Part shown: positions 40,078-47,216 of the stretch, piece by piece
Layout of the letters: every line of letters begins with the position of its first letter
How positions within the stretch are numbered: position 1 is the stretch's first letter
Assembly: GCA_963668355.1 (NCBI GenBank)
Contig: OY764265.1
Location: 2,304,001 to 2,368,000 of the forward strand
Origin: Bdellovibrionota bacterium
GTDB taxonomy: Bacteria > Bdellovibrionota_G > JALEGL01 > DATDPG01
DNA length: 64,000 nt
Direction of reading: 5' to 3'
Translations under genes and position numbers: made by a program
The notes under the pieces: model-generated
What the model saw: the letters and a program-made list of their open reading frames with translations, nothing else
The model's database searches: none
What the model was told of the DNA's origin: nothing

Positions 40078-41241
40078 TTAGGTAAGCAGCTCTTGGATTT
40101 GTTCGGGGAGTTGCTTCTGCAGAGCTTCCTTTGTGCAATATTGAGAAAAGCCGGCTTCAAAAGCCATTGTTTTGAATTTTTCCTCCGTGTGTCCACTCAG
40201 AAGAATCACGGGGACCTCTCGTAGAACAGGGTCTTGTTTTAGTTTCCGGCAAAGATCATATCCACTGAAATCACCCATTTCAGCATCGAGAATGATGAGG
40301 TCGGGTAACCACTCTTTAGCAAAAGAAATGAGCTGGTTGGGATCATTGAGGGTTTCAATCGTCCAATCTCGATCTTTCATGGAATGTTTCACCATCAGGA
40401 GCGCAAAACGATCATCATCCACGGCTAAGATTCGCTTGGGCTCGGCTTCACGATTCGGGCTGGGTTGAATGGGCAGGTTTTCGGGGGAAGAAGATTCGTC
40501 TTTCATGGTGATTTCTTTCTTTCTAATGTCTTGTTTGATGGATGCAAGAAGTTGTAGCAACCAAAATCGAAGTTTTTTCTGATGCACTGAAATGGTTTTT
40601 GAGTTCGCCAAACGGCATTCCCGTGTTTCCGTTTCGAGATGTTCGGCGATCTTGGCGACTCGGTCCAAGCGGTAACATCCGGCAGACCCTACAATTTGAT
40701 GACATTTCAGTTCCATGGCAATGAGGAGATTGGGGAGCTTTAAATCGTAGCTGACCATATGGAGGATACGTACCCACTCATTGGCCGTGTGTTCGAGGTA
40801 CTCGAGATAGGCGAGTTGAAGGTTCGCATAATTGGTCTCGGGTTCCAAATACGGAAAACATAGCCCCAAGGTTTGTTCCAATTTTTTTCGGAGAGCTTGC
40901 CCTGAAAAGGGTTTGGGGAGAAAGCCTTGGACTTGCCAGTCTCTCAACAACTTTACCTGAGGGTGGTTTCCCTTGAAAAAAGCCGAAATGAGTAAAATTG
41001 GAAGTTCTTCCGCAGGAAAGCGCTTTCGAATCTCATAAGAAAGCTTTTTTCCACTGGTATCTCCAAGAACGGCGTCGAGGATAAGGAGGTCGAAAGATTC
41101 CTGGTCAATTTTTTCAAGGGTTTCTTTGCCCGATCCGCAGCCGATGCAGTGAAAATTACTCGAATCGAGGTGGAAACCGATCAAATCGACCATGGCTGGG
41201 TCATCATCAATCACAAGGATCTTGGGCTTTAGATTCATCAT
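40078..41241 (-). CDS. REC-Hpt-REC phosphorelay protein
   Basis: Two REC domains (ILDAVL, ILDAEM) flanking HQIVGSAGCY Hpt motif; start follows GGAG. Confidence 0.82.
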   Translation of the reverse strand: MMNLKPKILVIDDDPAMVDLIGFHLDSSNFHCIGCGSGKETLEKIDQESFDLLILDAVLGDTSGKKLSYEIRKRFPAEELPILLISAFFKGNHPQVKLLRDWQVQGFLPKPFSGQALRKKLEQTLGLCFPYLEPETNYANLQLAYLEYLEHTANEWVRILHMVSYDLKLPNLLIAMELKCHQIVGSAGCYRLDRVAKIAEHLETETRECRLANSKTISVHQKKLRFWLLQLLASIKQDIRKKEITMKDESSSPENLPIQPSPNREAEPKRILAVDDDRFALLMVKHSMKDRDWTIETLNDPNQLISFAKEWLPDLIILDAEMGDFSGYDLCRKLKQDPVLREVPVILLSGHTEEKFKTMAFEAGFSQYCTKEALQKQLPEQIQELLT

Positions 41242-41262
41242 CACTCTCCAGAACCATATCAA

Positions 41263-41279
41263 GGCAATTTTTGGGCCAG
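41263..41279 (-). promoter_or_regulatory. sigma54 -24/-12 promoter
   Basis: Minus strand CTGGCCCAAAAATTGCC; IHF-like TTTCAAGTAGTTG at 41321; GGTCAAATCCACC at 41381. Confidence 0.7.
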
Positions 41280-41492
41280 CCTTGCATGGGAGGGCGTAAA
41301 TCTGAGAAAAATCTAAAATATTTCAAGTAGTTGAGTTTCTTGAGAGAGGTGAAGCTCTTCCCGATTAAAATATTCAATCAGGTCAAATCCACCCCAGCTT
41401 TATAGGGGGAAACGAATCAGATCCAAAAGATGTTTGAAAAATGGTTAAGAGATTTTTTACACACCCAATATTCCTGTTACACTTTGCGCTCT

Positions 41493-42275
41493 ATGAAGGA
41501 GAAACGCGTAGAAGGGAGGGGCAAATTGGGTCCAAGGAGGGCATTGGTCTTGGATGGTGGAGGACCATCCAGAAACATCGAACAAGATTTGAAATTGGCG
41601 GCGAGGGCGTTGAATTGCGATTCGGTGTCAACCAAGAACGCAAATGACTTTTTTCTACGATTGAAAGAGGAGGCCGAAGCGTTTGATTTCATTGCACTGA
41701 ATCCTTCGGCTGAAGGATTTAATGTGGAAGAGACGTTGAACGTTTTTCAACAATTGGAGTCGCGGGGCATTCCTCCGGTTCTCCTTGTAGGGGGAGGGAA
41801 GGGGCACCTCTATGATTTCGCGAAAGCCTTTAGCATTTCGGCTGAATTCGATGAAAAAACGAGTGTTTATCAGATGGGCTTCGTGCTGAATCAAATCTTT
41901 TTCCCCTGTTTTCTTGAAAAACGCGAATGCGCTCGAACGCCTTTGGAGCTTGATGTGGAGATGGACTTTGGAAAGGGCTTACCCAAACAAAAGACCAGAA
42001 TCTTGAATATCAGTGCTGGGGGCGCCTACGTTCAGACGGATCGGACCTATTCTGAACGTTCTTTGGTCAATTTAACCATTCACCTACCCAGTGAAATGGA
42101 CCCGGTCGAATGTACGGGGCGGGTGGTATACAACCAGGAACCTCAGCATGGTTTCCCCGAAATTCGGCCTCAGGGAATGGGTGTTCATTTTGAAGGGATC
42201 AACTTTTCGGATGTCACTCGGCTGAAGATTCTCGTGGACGCGAATCTAATGCCATTCCACCTCTTGAGGCTTTGA
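41493..42275 (+). CDS. PilZ-domain protein with degenerate N-terminal REC-like domain
   Basis: RECAR (RxxxR) and NISAGG (NxSxxG); GRVVY..GMGVHF. Confidence 0.8.
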   Translation: MKEKRVEGRGKLGPRRALVLDGGGPSRNIEQDLKLAARALNCDSVSTKNANDFFLRLKEEAEAFDFIALNPSAEGFNVEETLNVFQQLESRGIPPVLLVGGGKGHLYDFAKAFSISAEFDEKTSVYQMGFVLNQIFFPCFLEKRECARTPLELDVEMDFGKGLPKQKTRILNISAGGAYVQTDRTYSERSLVNLTIHLPSEMDPVECTGRVVYNQEPQHGFPEIRPQGMGVHFEGINFSDVTRLKILVDANLMPFHLLRL

Positions 42276-42307
42276 ACGAGAGTCATCCATTCATTTACAC
42301 TTGGCAA

Positions 42308-42337
42308 TTGACAGGAAAGAACTCATTTCAGTACTGT
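42308..42337 (+). promoter_or_regulatory. sigma70-like promoter of miaB
   Basis: TTGACA-N18-TACTGT, 9 nt before ATG 42347. Confidence 0.45.
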
Positions 42338-42346
42338 CCGGCGCCA

Positions 42347-43681
42347 ATGTCACGCAAGCTATATATGGAGACCTACGGTTGTCAGATGAATGATTACGAG
42401 TCGGATCGTACGTATCGCTTGCTTCATGGGACGCAAGGCTACGAGTGGACGGATCAGCCTGAAGAGGCCGACTTGGTTTTGTTCAATACCTGCAGCATTC
42501 GGGAAAAAGCGGATCAAAAGGCGCTTTCTTCTCTGGGGCGATTCAAGCAACTCAAGCTTAAAAAACCTGAAATGGTGGTTGCGTTTGGGGGCTGTTTGGC
42601 TCAATCCCAAGGAAATGAAATTCGTGAGAAATTTCCATATGTTGACTTGGTGTTTGGAACCCATCAGTGGAACTCTCTTCCCAAGCTTATTGAGCAGGCT
42701 CGTTTGCACCGAAACCGAATGCTGGAACTGGGATTCTATGGATGGCAGGACTTTGGATTCATGCCTCATCACGACTCGTCTTTAAAATATCCGGTGTCGG
42801 ATGTGGTCACTGTTCAAAATGGTTGCGATAAGTTTTGTACGTATTGTGTGGTTCCCTTTACGCGAGGCCGACAAATCAGCCGCCCGCCGGCGGAGGTGCT
42901 TCAGGAAGTTCAAGCCTTGGTTGACCATGGGGTAAAGGAAATCACTCTTTTGGGGCAAAACGTGAACGCTTACGGAAATGATCGAAGTTCGGAGACCTCG
43001 TTTGTGGACCTTCTCAAAAGGGTGGGCGAGGTGAAAGGCCTAAAAAGGCTTCGATTCATGACGTCCTATCCCACGGAGTTGACGCCCGAAATGGTGGATG
43101 AAATGGCTCAAAATCCGGTGATTTGTGAGCACCTTCACTTCCCACTTCAAAGTGGTTCGGATCGAATCTTGCGCAAAATGCGACGAGATCATAGCGTCAA
43201 GCAATATCGAGAAATTATAAGATATCTAACTGAAAAAATAGATAATATTTCAATTACAACGGATATGATTATCGGTTTTCCCTCCGAGTCTGAAGAAGAC
43301 TTTGATGCCACCTTGAAGGCTTTGGAGGAGTTTCGGTTTGATGATAGTTTTTCCTTCGTTTTTTCTCCGAGACCTCATACCAAAGCGGAGAAGTGGCCCT
43401 CTGAGTTTGTGGATGGGGAGGTTTCCAGGAAACGTCTGGAGGTCTATCAAAAGCGGCAAAATGAGATCAAAATCGAAAAAAACCGAGAGGTTTTGGGAAA
43501 AGAAGTGGAGGTTTTGATTGAAGGAGAATCAAAACGGGGGGAGGGACGTCTTTTTGGCAAGACGAGAACCTTTAAAACAGTTAATTTTAAAGGACCGAAA
43601 TCCTGGATTGGAATGGAAAAAAAGGTGCGTGTTAAAGAGGTTTTGCATCACACGCTGAGAGGAGAAGCCATTGTTGACTGA
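42347..43681 (+). CDS. miaB: tRNA-2-methylthio-N6-dimethylallyladenosine synthase
   Basis: TYGCQMN, NTCSIREKA, radical SAM CDKFCTYC, TRAM domain. Confidence 0.95.
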   Translation: MSRKLYMETYGCQMNDYESDRTYRLLHGTQGYEWTDQPEEADLVLFNTCSIREKADQKALSSLGRFKQLKLKKPEMVVAFGGCLAQSQGNEIREKFPYVDLVFGTHQWNSLPKLIEQARLHRNRMLELGFYGWQDFGFMPHHDSSLKYPVSDVVTVQNGCDKFCTYCVVPFTRGRQISRPPAEVLQEVQALVDHGVKEITLLGQNVNAYGNDRSSETSFVDLLKRVGEVKGLKRLRFMTSYPTELTPEMVDEMAQNPVICEHLHFPLQSGSDRILRKMRRDHSVKQYREIIRYLTEKIDNISITTDMIIGFPSESEEDFDATLKALEEFRFDDSFSFVFSPRPHTKAEKWPSEFVDGEVSRKRLEVYQKRQNEIKIEKNREVLGKEVEVLIEGESKRGEGRLFGKTRTFKTVNFKGPKSWIGMEKKVRVKEVLHHTLRGEAIVD

Positions 43682-44189
43682 GATGATTGTGACGGGTCTT
43701 GCTGTCGATGGAGAGACGAATGCGCCTTATGTGGTTTTGGAGACGAAAAACGGACAGGCTTCATTTCCCATTTGGATCGGCGTTTTTGAAGCCAGTGCCA
43801 TTGCCATGAAACTTGAGGGACTGGCCGTTGCCCGTCCGCTGACGCACGATCTGGGGGCAGAACTTCTTCGTTCCCTGGGAGGAGAGCTGGTCCGCATTGA
43901 GATTGTGGATTTGAAAGAAAACACCTATTACGCCCATCTCATGGTGAAGGCCAAAGATGGGAAGGTGGCTCGAATTGATTCCAGGCCCTCTGATGCCATT
44001 GCTTTGGCTCTTCGATGTGATGCGGCCATCATGGTTGAGGATAAGGTGATTGAAAAGTCTGGGCGTGCTGAACGAACGGGGAAGTGGAGAAAAGCCCAGA
44101 CCGGGGGCGGACCCGAGCCAAAGAAGCCGGATTGGAAAGAGGTTCTCCAAAATCTTTCGGACGAGGCCTTTGGCAAATACAAAATGTAG
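43671..44189 (+). CDS. Bifunctional nuclease family protein (DUF151)
   Basis: PIWIGVFEA, RPLTHDL and DSRPSDAIALA motifs. Confidence 0.92.
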   Translation: MLTEMIVTGLAVDGETNAPYVVLETKNGQASFPIWIGVFEASAIAMKLEGLAVARPLTHDLGAELLRSLGGELVRIEIVDLKENTYYAHLMVKAKDGKVARIDSRPSDAIALALRCDAAIMVEDKVIEKSGRAERTGKWRKAQTGGGPEPKKPDWKEVLQNLSDEAFGKYKM

Positions 44190-44198
44190 GTAGATTTC

Positions 44199-44705
44199 AT
44201 GAATATTGTGAGCGTGCGTGGGCAGGAACCCAGATGGGCCTCTTCGGTGTTTTTGGCCGAAGGAATCACCTTGGTTGGAAACGTGGAAATTGGAGAAGAT
44301 GCCAATATTTGGTTTGGAAGTGTGCTTCGCGGCGATGTTCATTCCATACGGATTGGCCAAAGAACCAATATTCAAGACTTGACCATGGTGCATGTGACCG
44401 AGGGTACAGCTTCAACCTTTGTAGGAAGTGACGTTACGGTGGGGCATCGGGTCATCCTGCATGGATGTTCAATTTCTGACCGTGTCTTGGTGGGTATGGG
44501 GGCCATTCTTTTAGATGGTGTCGAAGTGGAGAGCGATAGTATGATCGCGGCCGGATCTCTCCTGACTCCTGGAACGAAAGTCCCTTCTGGAGTGATGATG
44601 ATGGGAGCCCCAGCCAAGGTGAAACGAGAGTTGACCGCAGAAGAGATTCAAGGCATCAGAGAATCGGCAAAGCACTATGTGGATTTGTCCAAAGAGTACA
44701 TGTAA
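44199..44705 (+). CDS. Gamma carbonic anhydrase family (YrdA/PaaY-like)
   Basis: VLRGDV, NIQD..VH, VGH..LHGC hexapeptide repeats. Confidence 0.92.
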   Translation: MNIVSVRGQEPRWASSVFLAEGITLVGNVEIGEDANIWFGSVLRGDVHSIRIGQRTNIQDLTMVHVTEGTASTFVGSDVTVGHRVILHGCSISDRVLVGMGAILLDGVEVESDSMIAAGSLLTPGTKVPSGVMMMGAPAKVKRELTAEEIQGIRESAKHYVDLSKEYM

Positions 44706-45154
44706 TGGCGAAGATCAGAGGACTTAAGAAGTGTAAATTGTTTGGCGATATGAATTATCGCGAGCTGGCCATATTGGCCCCTTTTGTCACGGAAGCCGAA
44801 GCGTTGCCGGAGGTTCAGGTGGTGGCAGAAGGAGAGCCCACCCAAGGACTCATCATTATTAAACAGGGGACCTTGCGTCTGGCGTGTAAGGATGTCGAAG
44901 GTTCTTATGTAGATTTGGGTCCGGGAGATTTCTTTGGAGAATTAAGTCTTTTGGATGGGGGAAACTCCCGAGCCGTACAAGCGATGGCCACGGAGCCTTG
45001 TTCCTATTTGCAAATGACCCCCAAGGCGTTTAGCGAACTTCGTGAGCGACACCCAGAAATTGCTGGAAAAATGGCCATTCAAGCAGCTGAAAATACAGCA
45101 GAAAACGTAAAACAAGCTCAGGAAGAAATTAAACGTCTTCTTAAAACGGCTTAG
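44705..45154 (+). CDS. Stand-alone cyclic nucleotide-binding domain protein
   Basis: EGE..GDFFGELSLLDGGNSRA phosphate-binding cassette; no HTH. Confidence 0.85.
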   Translation: MAKIRGLKKCKLFGDMNYRELAILAPFVTEAEALPEVQVVAEGEPTQGLIIIKQGTLRLACKDVEGSYVDLGPGDFFGELSLLDGGNSRAVQAMATEPCSYLQMTPKAFSELRERHPEIAGKMAIQAAENTAENVKQAQEEIKRLLKTA

Positions 45155-45189
45155 AATTGCGGAAAAAAATCTTAGCCTCTTGAGTCTCG

Positions 45190-45218
45190 TTGACCGGGGA
45201 GAGGGCCTACGCTATAAA
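45190..45218 (+). promoter_or_regulatory. sigma70-like promoter
   Basis: TTGACC-N17-TATAAA. Confidence 0.5.
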
Positions 45219-45250
45219 TGCTTCCCACCAACTCTTACAAGGAGCGCTTC

Positions 45251-46315
45251 ATGTCTAAGCACGTCGTCCACGTCGTTGGAACCGGAACCATCGGTGAACC
45301 TTTAGTCGGACTTTTGACGGATTTTCGAAAAGATCTGGGGATTGATGAGGTGACGTTTTCCAAAAAACAAGCCTTGATGCACGATCGCTCCAAGGTCTGG
45401 GCCCTTTTGAAAAGGGGAGCCAAATTCGCTTGCGATCCCGAAATGATCGAATCGTTCAAAGAAATTGGCGTGGAAACCAATTATACGTTTGATGAGGCCT
45501 TGGCGCAGGCTTCTGTGGTGATCGATTGCACGCCCGTTGGAAATCGGATGAAAGACGAGTTGTATAAAAAGTATGAATCCACGACCCGTGGCTTTATTGC
45601 ACAAGGAAGTGAATTCGGTTTTGGAAAACCTTATGCACGGGGAATTAATGATGAGGCCCTAACCCCAGACGATCAGTATATCCAGGTCGTAAGTTGCAAT
45701 ACGCATAATTTATCCGTCTTGATCAAAACACTTGGCTTGGATGGCGGGAAGGACCCTCAAGGATTGAAAGAGTCTCATTTTGTCTGTTGCCGAAGAGCCA
45801 ACGATATCAGCCAAGATAGTGGATTCTGTCCTGGGCCGTCCGTCAATGCGCACAAGTACGAGAGGTTTGGGACGCATCATGCGAGAGATGCTCACAAACT
45901 GTTTGAGACGTTGGGCGTGGATGTGAACGTCTTTTCCTCCGCCATGAAGTTCAATTCCCAATACATGCACACCATTTGGTTCCATATTGTCCGAAATCGC
46001 CCCATCACGAAAGATGAGGTAATTGAACGACTCAAAGCCGATGATCGGATTGCGCTCACGCATAAGACCAGCTCCAATAAAGTCTTCAGTTTTGGAAGGG
46101 ATCATGGGCATTTTGGTCGAATTTTGAACCAAACCGTCGTGGTGGAGTCGAGTTTGGAGGTGATCAATGATCGTGAAATCCTGGGTTGGTGTTTCACACC
46201 CCAAGATGGAAACTCTCTTTTGTCCTCTTTGGCAGCCACCGAATTCTTTCTTCATGGAAATGAATATGATCATAATATTCAGTGCTTAGGTCGTTACTTC
46301 TTCAATGAGGTTTAG
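45251..46315 (+). CDS. Archaeal-type (class II) GAPDH-like dehydrogenase
   Basis: GTGTIG Rossmann, VIDCTP, VVSCNT, RRAND and HHARD motifs. Confidence 0.72.
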   Translation: MSKHVVHVVGTGTIGEPLVGLLTDFRKDLGIDEVTFSKKQALMHDRSKVWALLKRGAKFACDPEMIESFKEIGVETNYTFDEALAQASVVIDCTPVGNRMKDELYKKYESTTRGFIAQGSEFGFGKPYARGINDEALTPDDQYIQVVSCNTHNLSVLIKTLGLDGGKDPQGLKESHFVCCRRANDISQDSGFCPGPSVNAHKYERFGTHHARDAHKLFETLGVDVNVFSSAMKFNSQYMHTIWFHIVRNRPITKDEVIERLKADDRIALTHKTSSNKVFSFGRDHGHFGRILNQTVVVESSLEVINDREILGWCFTPQDGNSLLSSLAATEFFLHGNEYDHNIQCLGRYFFNEV

Positions 46316-46325
46316 TAAATAGAGC

Positions 46326-46354
46326 TTGACGAATTGTCAGAAAAGTGTTAAAAA
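46326..46354 (+). promoter_or_regulatory. sigma70-like promoter with extended -10
   Basis: TTGACG-N17-TAAAAA preceded by TGn. Confidence 0.5.
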
Positions 46355-46394
46355 CCCGACACTTAAACACGTAATTCCAACAAAGAAGAGGTAG

Positions 46395-46577
46395 ATGAAG
46401 ATGCAGACGACAGAAACTCGCCCGTACTCGATGGACCAACGGTATCAAATTGGTGAAGTCATTGAACATCCTTTTTTTGGCAAGGGTCAAGTCATTGCGA
46501 ATTTGAGAAAAGGGAAAATCGAAGTGGATTTTGAGAAAGCGGGCGTCCGGACTCTGGTTTCGAATTATCGAGCCTAG
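46395..46577 (+). CDS. 60-aa PcrA/UvrD C-terminal tudor-like protein
   Basis: GEVIEHPFFGKGQVI..IEVDF..GVRTL; GAGG RBS; own promoter and terminator. Confidence 0.7.
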   Translation: MKMQTTETRPYSMDQRYQIGEVIEHPFFGKGQVIANLRKGKIEVDFEKAGVRTLVSNYRA

Positions 46578-46603
46578 AACCGACGGTTTTTTTGAAAGTT
46601 TAC

Positions 46604-46638
46604 AAAGGCCGTGCTTTATTTTGAAGCACGGCCTTTTT
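46604..46638 (+). terminator. Intrinsic terminator
   Basis: AAAGGCCGTGCTT-N7-AAGCACGGCCTTT followed by TT (13-bp stem). Confidence 0.8.
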
Positions 46639-46661
46639 CTATGTTCGAATTGGAGGAAAAT

Positions 46662-47213
46662 ATGAATAAAGTTAACGTGTTGGTTCCTTTGGCAGAGGGT
46701 TTTGAAGAGGTGGAAGCCATGACCATCGTGGATCTATTGCGGCGAGCGGAAATTGACGTCACGACCGCCAATGTCACGGGGGGAGAATGGGTAAAAGGCG
46801 CTCATGGGGTTCCGCTTAAGGCCGATTGTTCGATTTCGGATGTTCGCAGCGAACGGTATGAGGCCATTGTCTTGCCGGGAGGCATGCCGGGAGCCTCCCA
46901 CTTAGCCGAGAGTGAGGAAGTTGCGACATTATTAAAGGACCATTTCGAACGGGGTAAGAACGTTGCGGCGATTTGTGCGGCTCCCATGGTTCTTGCGAAA
47001 CATGGCTTGCTTCAAGGCAAAAAAGCGACGTGTTACCCGGGATTTGAGGAAAAGCTTAGTGGAGCTGAACCTCAAACGGGCAATGTCGTTCAGGATGGAA
47101 CGATTACCACCAGTCGAGGTCCGGCGACGGCCATTCCTTTCGCCTTGAGTTTGATTGCGACGTTGATGAGTCCGGAAAAGGCCCGAGAAGTTCAGGAAGG
47201 ACTTCTCGCTTAA
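46662..47213 (+). CDS. DJ-1/YajL/PfpI family glyoxalase
   Basis: GFEEVEA, LPGGMPG, AAICAAP and TSRGPATA motifs; ATG follows GGAGG. Confidence 0.92.
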   Translation: MNKVNVLVPLAEGFEEVEAMTIVDLLRRAEIDVTTANVTGGEWVKGAHGVPLKADCSISDVRSERYEAIVLPGGMPGASHLAESEEVATLLKDHFERGKNVAAICAAPMVLAKHGLLQGKKATCYPGFEEKLSGAEPQTGNVVQDGTITTSRGPATAIPFALSLIATLMSPEKAREVQEGLLA

Positions 47214-47216
47214 ACG

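Noticed and set aside
29565..41391. Identical 13-mer CAGGTCAAATCCA at 29565 and 41379
   Set aside because: Dozens of chance 13-mer matches are expected in 64 kb and the flanks do not align
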